From: a virus
Lineage: Duplodnaviria; Caudoviricetes
Virus record (IMG/VR): IMGVR_UViG_2599185359_000001
Coordinates: 1-64,000 of that record
DNA: 64,000 bases
Strand: one strand, 5' to 3'
Shown: in pieces, positions 52,322 to 62,335 of the stretch
Layout of the letters: each line of letters opens with the position of its first letter
Numbering within the stretch: position 1 is the stretch's first letter
The notes under the pieces: generated by a model
Databases searched by the model: none
What the model was told of the DNA's origin: nothing
Seen by the model: the letters and a program-made list of their open reading frames with translations, nothing else
Made by a program: the position numbers and the translations under genes

Positions 52322-54410
52322 TTAATTCGCGAGAGTGTCGAGTGCGGCTTCGGCGCCTTCCACAGCGGCCAGCGCATCGGTGGCGTCGTTACGCGCGATG
52401 TAGGAGGCGTGCTTCAGCTGCTCCGCTGCCGCGCGGAGGCAGTCGGTGACCGAGGTATTGCCGCGCATGGCAAAGCCATCTGCCTCTCCGTTCAGGGCCG
52501 CAGCGCGGGCGTCCATTTCCTGCGCGAAATCGAACATGGCCTCGACGCTTTCCTCGGTTTCGTCGATCAAGCCCTCGAGCTCGGCGGCGGCTGCCTCATT
52601 CTGCTCGGCGGCCCAGGCGGCTTCCTTTGCCACAGCCTCTTCACGTTCCTGCTGAGCCTGCCGTTCCTTGATCGCAACGGCGAGAGCGGCGGCCATCGGA
52701 TGGCCGCTAGTCCGAACGAACTCGTTCGCCTGGTCGGCCGGCGTCGCGGCGGTCTTCGCTTCATCGTGGATGGCGCGGCACGCGCGTTCGGCGCGGGCGA
52801 AGCTCGAATGGTAGTTCATGGGCAATCCTTACTGCTGGGCGGCCGACTGGCGTTCGCGACGGGCGATCTCCCGCGCGTCGCTATGCGGGTCGAGTGTGTG
52901 TCGGTTGGCACGCGACATGCGACCGAAGGCACCGGCGGGGACGCGTGCGAGCGACTTTTGCAGGCGCGTGGGTGCCGCGAACTGCTCGTTGAGCTTCTTG
53001 CCGGCGAGCTTCGCCTTGTGCGCCTCGAGGCGCTCGGCTTTGGTGGCGTTGTGCGGGAGGCGAGCCATCAGCGGCAGGCCTCCACGGTCTTGGCGATCGT
53101 GAGCGCGATCAGCCCCCAGATCCCCAGATTGAAGAGCGCCGCGACCGTAATCCACTGGCGCACACTCAGAACGTCGATATTCATTGCTGACCTTTCGTCG
53201 GTGTGTGTTGTTTAACACTCGACCTTGTTAGCGGTGCGTTTGCGCTTGCGCAAGCTGGGACCAAGAAATTTATTCGTGTAGCGCGTATACGGAAGCACCC
53301 GGTGCGCGCGGCCGCGATAGTCGGCCTTCGTGCGGTAAAGCTCGGCGTCATCGAAGTCATCGATCGGCGTCAGAAAGATCCGGCGCTGCTCCTCGACGAC
53401 GACCATCACAACGGAGACGTTGTGCTGTGGCGCGCGGCGGAGCAGCTCTCGATCAACGCCGATGCCTGCTTCGCCTCTCTCGATCGCTTCGGCGATTGAC
53501 TTCGACCGGCCGCGCCAGATGTCACGCCCCTTCTGCTCCACGATCAGGAAGCGCGTCCCGCTGGGCGTCTCCATGATCTTGCCCTGCACCCTGGGCGCCA
53601 CTTTCAGCAGCCCGATCCGCTTCATGCCCTGCGAGATAGGTCTCAGCATCTTCGACAGAGAGGCGTTGAAGGTAAATGGCGGTAATGCGGGTTTTTTCGT
53701 TGATGATGCGGGGGCCATAGTTCTGTCTCTGCCATTGCAGGAGCGCGCGCGCCGCTTCGTAGCTGGGCTTCTCCTGCATGAGGTGGTTCATGGATGCGTG
53801 CACGGCGAGGATCTCGGCGATCGGGCCGGCGAAGAGAGCCTTGACGCGGCTGTAGCCGAACACCGTTTGCTTTTTGGCGTCGTAGAGGGCGATGACCTGG
53901 TCAATGCGCAGGCGCTGGGTCCACGCGACGCCCACGCGCACGGTGTTGGCGAACCGATTGAGGCCGGTCTCGTCCTGGAAGGGGATGGCGGGCACGAATA
54001 TCGCGCAAGCCGTGCGGCGCTGCAGTTGGCACACGTCGTTGACCGCGCAGTGGTCGCACGGGAGCTTGCCGGCGCCGGACGTATAGGTATCGTCGGGGCG
54101 ACGCTTCAGCTGTCGTGTGTCCGTGTCGATCAAGTATCATCTCCATAAAAGAGCGCTCGCAAAGTGGTTAGACCTTGCGAGCGCTCGCTTCTACTTGGCT
54201 TGTGGTGGCTTACGCTGCTGCGTTCCAGCCGTTCACTACGTTGCGCTCCTCCGGGGCCAGCGACGCTCCCCACCCGGAGAAAATGAACTGCGGGTCGTCG
54301 CCGGTGATTTCACGAAATGCCTTCGCGACCGCGGCACGCATAGGAGCGTCCGAGCCCGGCGGAAGCTTCGACGCATCAACTTCCCCGATCTTGCAGCCCC
54401 AGACCTTCAT
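52322..54410 (-). CDS. Hypothetical proteins (52322-52825, 52829-53068, 53068-53184, 53212-~53650, 53522-54133 possibly ASCH/PUA-like, 54210-54410)
   Basis: Same-strand packed ORFs. Confidence 0.6.
54147..54186 (-). terminator. Terminator-like hairpin
   Basis: 12-bp stem GAGCGCTCGCAA/TTGCGAGCGCTC then TTTT on the minus strand. Confidence 0.6.
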
Positions 54411-55447
54411 GCTGCCGCGTCCTGCGCTTCGGCGATGTCGATCAGGATATCAAGGTTGGCCGGGTCCTCGTTCAGATGCTCGATGAAGGCCGCCTTGCCC
54501 TGGATCCGCTTGCTCTGCCAGGTGAACCAGGCGCCGCCCTGAATACCGAGCTCCGTCAGGTGTTCGGCGCCGATGTGGTCGATCATGGAGTCCATGACGT
54601 CGATGTAGCCGGTGCCATCCTTGCGCCACTTGAACTCCCAGCTGGTCTTCTGGAACGGCTGGTAAGTCTTGTTCTTGATGGACTCGGCCTTGATCTTTTG
54701 CGCGATGACCTCCTTGGTCTTCTTGTCGCGCTCCATCTCCCGGCCGAGGAACAGACGCAGCGATGCGTAGTAGGGCAGGGCCTCGCCGCCCACCGTGTAC
54801 CGCGGATCGCCATAAGCGACGCCCGGCTTCATGCGCAGCTGATTGAGGAAGATCGCGAGGACGTTGTTCTCGGTCACGAACTGGTTGAACGCCGGGAGCT
54901 CCTGACTGGCCGCCATCGCGAGCGCCAGATTGTCCTTCATGTTCTGCCCATCGCCCTCCTTCTTGTCGCGTGCGAGCTTGGCGGCCGGCACCATGCTTGC
55001 GAAAGAGTCGAACACCATCACGAGCGGCGCTTCGAACGGGATGATGTCGGCCTTGCGGATCGTCTCCATCCAATCGATCGACTGGTCGAGCGAAGCCTCG
55101 AAGGAGCGGGGGCGCTTGTAGTTCCAGATCCCCGGCGTGTCGTCGAGCCCAAGCCCCTTGGCGAGGTTGAGCATGAACGAACCTTCGTGATCTTTGAACC
55201 CTGCGGCGCCACCAGCCTTTTGAGCCTGCGCCATCACCGCGGTCGCCAGCTGCGTCTTACCGGCGCTCGGCGGCCCTGCGATCTCGACGATGCGACCGGT
55301 CTTGATGCCGCCGCCGCGATACTTGCCAGATAATGCGCGATCGAGGTTGGGGACGCCGGTGGAGAGGAACAGGTCGTGGTCGGAAACTTCATCCGACGTC
55401 ACGCCGCCCTTGTCGAGAGCTCCAGCCAACTTTGCTGCGATACTCAT
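54407..55447 (-). CDS. recA: Phage RecA-family recombinase
   Basis: STG..LD.ALSG, GPPSAGKT, FDS, FLNQLR, GGEALPYYASLR. Confidence 0.93.
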   Translation of the reverse strand: MSIAAKLAGALDKGGVTSDEVSDHDLFLSTGVPNLDRALSGKYRGGGIKTGRIVEIAGPPSAGKTQLATAVMAQAQKAGGAAGFKDHEGSFMLNLAKGLGLDDTPGIWNYKRPRSFEASLDQSIDWMETIRKADIIPFEAPLVMVFDSFASMVPAAKLARDKKEGDGQNMKDNLALAMAASQELPAFNQFVTENNVLAIFLNQLRMKPGVAYGDPRYTVGGEALPYYASLRLFLGREMERDKKTKEVIAQKIKAESIKNKTYQPFQKTSWEFKWRKDGTGYIDVMDSMIDHIGAEHLTELGIQGGAWFTWQSKRIQGKAAFIEHLNEDPANLDILIDIAEAQDAAA

Positions 55448-56430
55448 TACTTTCCGAACTCCTGTTCAAGCTGAATAAACGGGGAAATGAACTCGTCCAT
55501 CTTCGAGAGCATGGACGTGAAGCCGAACTCGGCGCAGAACTTCTCGAAGGCTGCGCGGTCGACCTTGGCTTTGGTGCCGCGAATGTTGGTCGGGGCGGGG
55601 ATATCCGGGTGACCCAGATCCATCATCTTCAGCGCGAACTCGAACCGGGCCTGAAGCTCGGTGTCATCGCGCAGCTTCTGGAACTTGGCCGGGAGCAGCT
55701 GCGGGTCGCCTTTCTTTGCCTTCGGCACAGTCTTGCCTGCTGCCAGCCACTTAGCGACGGCATCTTCTTGGCTGAGCCGCATAAAGCTGTGCACGCAGTC
55801 GAACACCGAGAGGAGCTCCACCGCGCCCGCGTGACCGATGCCGGTGCGAGGCTTGACGTTGTCGCCGGTGTCGCCCTGCAGCGCCTTGGCGTGAATGAAC
55901 GCTTTTTGTGAGGCGAACTCGGTGAACTCGTGGAAGTTGGTCACCGTGACCTTGCGGTCGATCTTGTGATCGATCCAGGCGACGCCGCGCTCGACGAGCT
56001 GGATCCAGTCCTGGTCGCCGGTGATTAGCGTCACCTGATCGCCGCGGGCCAACGCCTTGCGCGTCAGGATCGCCGCCATGTCGTCGGCTTCCATGTTGCC
56101 GGCGACGAGCTGTGAAATGCCGAGGAGGTGAAGGCCGCGAAACATGTCGCGACGCTGGGCCTTGTAGCGCTCGCGCTCGGCCATCTTCTCGGCGGTGTCG
56201 GTACGAGTGCCCTTGTAGTCGGGGAACTCGCTGTAGCGCCATGAGCGGCCATCCCAGAGGATGATCGGCGTAGCGGCCAGGCGGGTGCGGAGGATCTTCT
56301 GGATCGAGCGCAACATCCCGAAGATGGCGGTCGTCTCGCGTTCGCCTGCGTAGAGCTTGCCCTGCTTGCCGTTGCCGTGCTGCGCGGCGTGACCGACCGA
56401 GTTTCCGTCAATGTAGGTCCGGCGGATCAT
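55447..56430 (-). CDS. 5'-3' exonuclease / flap endonuclease (PolA N-terminal-like)
   Basis: IDGN, WDG..WR...PDYKG.R, EADD, TGDQD, GDTGDN..GIG. Confidence 0.92.
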   Translation of the reverse strand: MIRRTYIDGNSVGHAAQHGNGKQGKLYAGERETTAIFGMLRSIQKILRTRLAATPIILWDGRSWRYSEFPDYKGTRTDTAEKMAERERYKAQRRDMFRGLHLLGISQLVAGNMEADDMAAILTRKALARGDQVTLITGDQDWIQLVERGVAWIDHKIDRKVTVTNFHEFTEFASQKAFIHAKALQGDTGDNVKPRTGIGHAGAVELLSVFDCVHSFMRLSQEDAVAKWLAAGKTVPKAKKGDPQLLPAKFQKLRDDTELQARFEFALKMMDLGHPDIPAPTNIRGTKAKVDRAAFEKFCAEFGFTSMLSKMDEFISPFIQLEQEFGK

Positions 56431-56537
56431 GGTATTCCTGTCGGGTAGAGGGTGCGGGGGAGGGCAACGCGCGCTCCCCCGCCTTCAATCGGCGGCCTGG
56501 GCCGCCCGCCTGGAGCCGAAGCCCCAGGCACCTTCCG

Positions 56538-57572
56538 TCATTCGAGGCCGGCGAGGATGTCGTCGATGTCGTCCGAGTCCGCGGCGGCCGGTGCCGGCTT
56601 GGCGGCGGGCTTCGAGGCCGGCTTGGCGGCGGGCTTCGCCGGTTCCGGCTCGGCTTCGGGCTCTTCGTCGACGACCGACGCGATCGCGGCGTCGAGATCG
56701 GCATCTTCGAAGTCGGCGTCCTCGACTGCCGGCGCTTCTTCCTCGTCCTCGTCGAGCACTTCGGTCACCGCCGCGGCGTTGGTCTTGCTCGCGGCAGCGG
56801 TGCCGCCCGCGTTGGTCAGGCGAGCCTGCGACGTCGACGACGCGCTCGTGATCGCTGCGGCAACGGTGATGCCCGCCGCGCCATTGATCTTGCCGAGGAA
56901 CTCGAGCGCCTTGCCTTCGAGATTTTCGAACTGCGAGGCGATCCAGGCGTCGAGGTCGATCGCCTTCTCGAGGATCTTCGGCGTGAGCTTCGCCTTCTTC
57001 GGGGTCACCGTGAACTGGTACTTGGTGTCCATGCCCGAGCCCGATTTCTCGCACTTGAAGACGTGGCCGTTGTCGAGGCTGGCGATGTCGTAGTCAGGGT
57101 CTTCGTCGGTCCACGCCTCGAACTGCGACAGAATGCCGTCGAACGCACCTTCGCTGACCTCGATCAGCACCGGCTCGTTCGGCGCCTGATCCTTGTCGTC
57201 GAGGATGAGGGCGCAGAAGATCTCGCGCGGGCTGGCGAGCATCTTGCGGTAGTGCTCCTTCGTTTCCGCGTCCGGCGCCTGGCGCATGGCGTCGAAGAGC
57301 ATCTCCTTGATCGGGTCACGCTCGCCATAGGTGATGTCGCGGTCACCGATGCCGAAGAAGCTCTGGCCGTCGAACGACTTGAGGTAGGTCTTGCCATACT
57401 TGCGCGAGAAGTCGCCCGAGACGGTCGGCGTGCCCGAGGTGTCCGGCGCCGGCAGAATGCGGAACTTGGTCTCGCCGTTCTTGAACTTGTAGGGGCGGAG
57501 ACCCTTGCTGCGGTTGGCTGCGATCGCCTGCCGCTTCTGCTGGATCCGCTCGCGTGCGGTGAGTGCGCCCAT
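56538..57572 (-). CDS. gp32-like single-stranded DNA-binding protein
   Basis: KFRILP, G.GMDTKY, acidic tail DDIDDILAGLE; position in the replication block. Confidence 0.7.
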   Translation of the reverse strand: MGALTARERIQQKRQAIAANRSKGLRPYKFKNGETKFRILPAPDTSGTPTVSGDFSRKYGKTYLKSFDGQSFFGIGDRDITYGERDPIKEMLFDAMRQAPDAETKEHYRKMLASPREIFCALILDDKDQAPNEPVLIEVSEGAFDGILSQFEAWTDEDPDYDIASLDNGHVFKCEKSGSGMDTKYQFTVTPKKAKLTPKILEKAIDLDAWIASQFENLEGKALEFLGKINGAAGITVAAAITSASSTSQARLTNAGGTAAASKTNAAAVTEVLDEDEEEAPAVEDADFEDADLDAAIASVVDEEPEAEPEPAKPAAKPASKPAAKPAPAAADSDDIDDILAGLE

Positions 57573-57662
57573 AATTCCTAATGCTCCTGTGTTCACTTCG
57601 AATAGAGTGTGTGTCGTTCATAACTCGCGCGAGACACACCTGTCGCGCGGCTTCGTGGTGGG

Positions 57663-58214
57663 TTATTCGGTTGCGTCAGCCTCCTGTCGCATGGGCCGCG
57701 CCCGGTTGTTGCGTTGAGAACGGCGCTGGTCGTAGCTGGAGGCTGCTTCGCGTGCGTTCTGGATTACGAGATTGGATTTCAGCTGCGCCTGGGTCAGGAT
57801 GCCCAGGGACTTCAGCATCTCCTCGCGCGTCTTGAACGCGTAATAGGCGACCTTGCAGATGGCTTCGATCTCGTCGGCGTCCATCTTCTTGATCTGCCAC
57901 TCGCGTGAGGACTTATCGAGCGCGACGGCGGCGGCCACCATGTCTGCGGTCACCCGCTCGGGCTTGGTGTTGGTCTGGGAGGCCTCCTCCTCGGCGGCCT
58001 CGCGCAGCTTGGCGCGGTGGGTCGTCGTGAGCTTGGCCTCGATCGCCTTCAGGGTGAGCGCTACCTTAGCCGCCTGCTTCTTGGCTCGGGAGTGCTGGAT
58101 ACCGTACCAGGCGGCGCGAGCGGTCTGGGTTCGCATCGCCTCGGAGATGTCGCCGATCTCGGCGTCGATCTCCTTGACGAACTCATCCACGTCGATGAAA
58201 TCTTCAAGCGTCAT
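57663..58214 (-). CDS. Helical hypothetical protein (possible UvsY-like mediator)
   Basis: Coiled-coil character; lies between dnaE and SSB. Confidence 0.6.
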   Translation of the reverse strand: MTLEDFIDVDEFVKEIDAEIGDISEAMRTQTARAAWYGIQHSRAKKQAAKVALTLKAIEAKLTTTHRAKLREAAEEEASQTNTKPERVTADMVAAAVALDKSSREWQIKKMDADEIEAICKVAYYAFKTREEMLKSLGILTQAQLKSNLVIQNAREAASSYDQRRSQRNNRARPMRQEADATE

Positions 58215-58265
58215 GCTGTTCTTTCGCTGGGTGTGATGTGTGTTGTAACGCACGCGCTCAGAAGG

Positions 58266-61200
58266 TCAACAAGAATTGTCGACCAGAGCGCGCACTTCGG
58301 AGAAAACTTTCGTCAGCGCTTCCCGCTTGCTCGCATCGTGATAGATCTGCGTTGGCTTGAACCCAACGATAACCGTGGCATCGAGCTCGGCCGAGTAGGT
58401 CTTGCGGCCGACATGATCGGCAAGGCCCTTCAGGTCGGGGTAGAATGTCTTGATTGCCTGCGGCCCGAGGAGCACGATGACTGGCGGCTTCATCGCCGCG
58501 ATTTCGCGGTAGAGGTAGGGCAGGGAGTCCGCCACTTCCTTGGCCGGCAGATCCCGCTCGCCCTTCTTCAGCGGCCGGCGAAGCACCCAGGTCCACACGG
58601 CGTCGTCAAGCCGCATACCGGCATCGTGGAGGCTCGGCGCCACATAGTTCACATAGGAGAACTGGTGCTTGAGCTCCTCGTAGTCGTTGAACGGCGCGTC
58701 CAGGATGACCATGAATTTCGGCGCGCGGCCGAGCTCGCATGGCACCGCAGCCTCGCCCAGGTTCGCCATCATATCTTCGACCACCTGCACCACCGTGTCG
58801 GCGACGAGATCGTCGACCGGGATGTCGCGGGTCGCGACGACGCCCTGGTCGCTAATTGCCGGCATCAGCTCGATCTGGTCACGCTGACGGGACGGGTCAG
58901 TCGACTTGGCTTGACCGGGCACGATGCGCGCGAACGCGCCGACGCGATCGAGATGGTCGATGGCCTTGCTGTTCACCGCGCGGCTCGGCACGCGAGCCTT
59001 GAAGTCCTCCATGCTCACAAACCGGCCAGGGCCGAAGGTCTCGGTTGTGGTCACCTTGTTCTTGCGGCGCCCGGTGCTGCTCTCGACGACGACGGGGTTC
59101 GGGTCCGAGCGCGCGGCCATGATTGCACTGGCGCCCTTCTCGGACACGTTCTTCACCGCGGACAGGGGCGCGATGATGATGCAGTCGTTCAGCGGCTCGA
59201 ACTGGCCCGTGGAAATGTTGACGTCGGGCGGGATGACCCGGATTTCGTCCTTGGCCGCCTGCTTCACGATGCTGGCGAGCTTGTCACTGTCCGCGATGCC
59301 CATGCTGGCGGTATAGAACTCGACCAGGTAGTGAGCCTTCAGGTAGGCGGCCTGATACGCGATCAGCGTGTATTCCACGGCGTGGCTGCGATTGAACGCG
59401 TAGCCGGCGAAACCTTCGATGTCCGTGAAAAGGCGATCGGCGTCCGTGTCCGGCATGCCCGAGGTGTCGACGGCGCCCTGCACGAACTTGTCGCGCTGCT
59501 GGGCCATCATCACCGGGTCCTTTTTGCCCATCGCCTTGCGGAGCACGTCGGCTTCGCCAGGCGTGAAGCCGCAGAGGACACGGGCGATCTGCATCACCTG
59601 CTCCTGGTAGGCGATCACACCATAGGTGTCCTCGAGGATGGGCTTGAGGCTCGGCCACGGGTAGCTCACGGCCTCGGTCCCGGCGCGGCGCCGGATGTAT
59701 GCCTCGGTGATGCCCGCATCGAGCGGGCCGGGACGGTTCAGGGCGTTAAGCGCGACGAGATCCTCGAAGCTGAGCGAAGCAGTTTTCGCCATCTCCTTCA
59801 GCAGGCGCCGCACGGACCCGCCCTCGAACTGGAACACGCCGGCGGTCTTCGCGCCCGAGAAAATCGCGAGCGTTGCCTCGTCGTCCAGCGGCAGCTTGTT
59901 GATGTCGACGCGGACGTTCCGGCGCTGGAAGATGAGCTTGAGCGCCTGGTCGAACATGTCGAGCGTGGACAGGCCGAGCACGTCGAGCTTGATGAGCCCC
60001 TGCTCTTCGCTGACGCGCTTGTCCCAGTTGATCACGCGCGCGTCGCCGCGCTTCTCTACCACCGCGCGCTTGGTGAGCGGCTCGCCCGCGACAACGACGC
60101 CGCCGGCGTGCGTGCCATAGGCTCGCATCTTGCCCTCGAGCTTCAGCGCCCGATCCCAGATGTGCGGGAACTGCTCCGCAAACACCTGGATCTCATGCGT
60201 GGTTTCGAACGCGTCCTTCAGCCCGGCCGAAACGCCGTGGGTGTCGCCGATGAACTTCGTGGCGCCCAGCTGGTCCTGCGGGAGGCCATAGATGCGCGCG
60301 ACGTCACGGATCGCACCGCGGGCGCCCATGGTGTTGTAGTTCACGATGCCCGCGACGTTCTCCGCACCATACCGGTCTGCCAGGTAGGCGATCACCTCTT
60401 CGCGGCGCGTGGACATGAAGTCGAGGTCGGCGTCGGGGAGATCGAGACGATCGGGGTTGATGAAGCGCTCGAACAGCAGCTTGAACCGGATCGGGTCCAC
60501 GTCGGTGATGCCGACGAGATAGGCGACCAGGCTGCCGCCCACGGAGCCGCGGCCCGGGCCGACATAAATGCCCTTGCTCTTCGACCAGCGAACGAGATCG
60601 GACACCAGCAGGAAGTACGGCGCAAAGCCGAGGCGCCGAAGCGTGTCGAGCTCGAACTGGAGGCGCGGCAGGTATTCCGCCTTGAGCTCCGCCGGGCTCG
60701 GCTGGTGCGCGAAGATGGGCGCGGTGAAGCGATCGCTCCAGCCTTCCTTGCATAGGCGCTTGAGCTCTTCGTCAGGATCGTTGGCGAGTGACGGCAGCGA
60801 TGGGTCGAGCTTCGCCCATTTGTACTCGGCCAGCTCCACCAGACGCTCGGTGTTCATCAGCCCGCGCTTGAACTCGGCGCCCCAGTTGCGGCCATAGCGG
60901 TCGGCGACCGCGTTGCTGGCGCGCACTGTGGCGGCGGCCAGCTCCTTTACCGTGTGCGGCTGGTACCGCGGGACCGGCTGGAGGTAGTCGCTGTAGGGGC
61001 GACGATCGGCGATGCCCGCGTTGCAGCTATAAGCGTCGTCGTCGTGATCGAGCCAGAACGCCGGCTGCACCACCAGCGGCTCCCACTCGGGCATGGCGCT
61101 GAAACAGCCGTTCAACTTCGCCCAGTCGATCACGCGGTGGTTCTGTCGCGAGAAGTAGGGCGTGTCGCTCGGCACAAGCTCGTAGAAGCGCGCTACGAAG

Positions 61201-61685
61201 CGAACGCGCTGCGCGAGGTCAGACATCGCTTTGAGCATGTCGTCGCGCTGTGCGACGCTCTCAAGGTCACCGGTGCTTATGACGAGACAGTCATCGTCTA
61301 GCGTCGACGCGAGATCGTCCCAGGTGACCCGCGGGACGAAGTAGAAGCGGTCAGCGTCGAACCCGCGGGTAAGCAGGCGGTAGAGCGACCGCATGCCCTC
61401 GTCGTTGGTGGGGTAGAGCTTGAGGAAGCATGCTGTCTCGCGCTCGCTTTTGTCGCGGCCAGCGTCCTCCTCCATGATCACGCGGACGCGCACGCCGGCG
61501 AGGAGCCGCTTGTCGAGCTTGCCCAGCTTCTTCGTCGCCTCCACCACGGAGGAGATCGTCATAGTGTCGCAGATGCCAACGACGTCAGCGCCCGCCTTCT
61601 CGGCCACGGCCGGCAGATCGTCGATGCCCAGGATGGACTCGCCAAGGGAGAAGTCGGTGCGCACACCGAGCAGGGGGTGGATCAT
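58266..61685 (-). CDS. dnaE: DNA polymerase III alpha with C-terminal UDG-like domain
   Basis: PHP N-terminus, GPGRGS, PDADLD, KLDVLGL, FNRSH; last ~150 aa show a family-4 UDG-like pattern (EIAAMKPPVIVLLG). Confidence 0.93.
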   Translation of the reverse strand: MIHPLLGVRTDFSLGESILGIDDLPAVAEKAGADVVGICDTMTISSVVEATKKLGKLDKRLLAGVRVRVIMEEDAGRDKSERETACFLKLYPTNDEGMRSLYRLLTRGFDADRFYFVPRVTWDDLASTLDDDCLVISTGDLESVAQRDDMLKAMSDLAQRVRFVARFYELVPSDTPYFSRQNHRVIDWAKLNGCFSAMPEWEPLVVQPAFWLDHDDDAYSCNAGIADRRPYSDYLQPVPRYQPHTVKELAAATVRASNAVADRYGRNWGAEFKRGLMNTERLVELAEYKWAKLDPSLPSLANDPDEELKRLCKEGWSDRFTAPIFAHQPSPAELKAEYLPRLQFELDTLRRLGFAPYFLLVSDLVRWSKSKGIYVGPGRGSVGGSLVAYLVGITDVDPIRFKLLFERFINPDRLDLPDADLDFMSTRREEVIAYLADRYGAENVAGIVNYNTMGARGAIRDVARIYGLPQDQLGATKFIGDTHGVSAGLKDAFETTHEIQVFAEQFPHIWDRALKLEGKMRAYGTHAGGVVVAGEPLTKRAVVEKRGDARVINWDKRVSEEQGLIKLDVLGLSTLDMFDQALKLIFQRRNVRVDINKLPLDDEATLAIFSGAKTAGVFQFEGGSVRRLLKEMAKTASLSFEDLVALNALNRPGPLDAGITEAYIRRRAGTEAVSYPWPSLKPILEDTYGVIAYQEQVMQIARVLCGFTPGEADVLRKAMGKKDPVMMAQQRDKFVQGAVDTSGMPDTDADRLFTDIEGFAGYAFNRSHAVEYTLIAYQAAYLKAHYLVEFYTASMGIADSDKLASIVKQAAKDEIRVIPPDVNISTGQFEPLNDCIIIAPLSAVKNVSEKGASAIMAARSDPNPVVVESSTGRRKNKVTTTETFGPGRFVSMEDFKARVPSRAVNSKAIDHLDRVGAFARIVPGQAKSTDPSRQRDQIELMPAISDQGVVATRDIPVDDLVADTVVQVVEDMMANLGEAAVPCELGRAPKFMVILDAPFNDYEELKHQFSYVNYVAPSLHDAGMRLDDAVWTWVLRRPLKKGERDLPAKEVADSLPYLYREIAAMKPPVIVLLGPQAIKTFYPDLKGLADHVGRKTYSAELDATVIVGFKPTQIYHDASKREALTKVFSEVRALVDNSC

Positions 61686-62248
61686 TTCAGCTCCAAGGTT
61701 GCACCGTTGCGCTGCACGCGCTTGCACACGGTGAGAATAGAAACGGTCGCGTAGGTGCTGCGCTGCGCGTTCTGAGCGCTGAGCGAGAAGCTTTGCGCGA
61801 TGCACGCGGTCAATTCGCGCATCGTGTGCGGTCGCTCTCGCAGCGCGCTGATGACGGCCGCCATGATGCGGTTCACGCCGGCCACGACTTCGATATGCGC
61901 GTGCCGCGGGTCGATGCGATTACGAACCATTTTGTCGATTGTGGAATGCGCTCGCAGATCCAGGTGCGTCTTGAGCGCCATCACGCCTTCTTCGTCCGGC
62001 ATCGGGGCGGGCGGGGTTGGCTCGGGCTTCTTGCGAGCAGCTGCCTTCTCGGCGCGCGTCTTCCAAGCCTCACTCATTTTCTTACCCGTGCCGTCGCTGA
62101 AGCGATCAAGCAGGCGCATCATCTGCGGCCGACGCTTGTCTACCATAGTGGCACAGTCGGCGTGCGCCGCGCACGCGGTGCAGTTCGGCGAGCCCGCGTC
62201 GAACGCGAGCGAGGAGCCGAAGCAACCAGGGGCGGGCATGTGTGTCAC
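61682..62248 (-). CDS. Hypothetical protein with N-terminal Cys cluster and wHTH-like C-terminus
   Basis: PGCFGS...CTAC...C. Confidence 0.7.
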   Translation of the reverse strand: MTHMPAPGCFGSSLAFDAGSPNCTACAAHADCATMVDKRRPQMMRLLDRFSDGTGKKMSEAWKTRAEKAAARKKPEPTPPAPMPDEEGVMALKTHLDLRAHSTIDKMVRNRIDPRHAHIEVVAGVNRIMAAVISALRERPHTMRELTACIAQSFSLSAQNAQRSTYATVSILTVCKRVQRNGATLELK

Positions 62249-62335
62249 CTTGCACGGATCCAGATCAAAAAGGTGGGCGACATTCCTGTCGCCCGAGGTG
62301 AGGAGCCGAAGGTGAGCGCCTTCGACGGGAGTTGC

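Noticed and set aside
58017-60755. 912-aa plus-strand ORF
   Set aside because: Antisense shadow of dnaE
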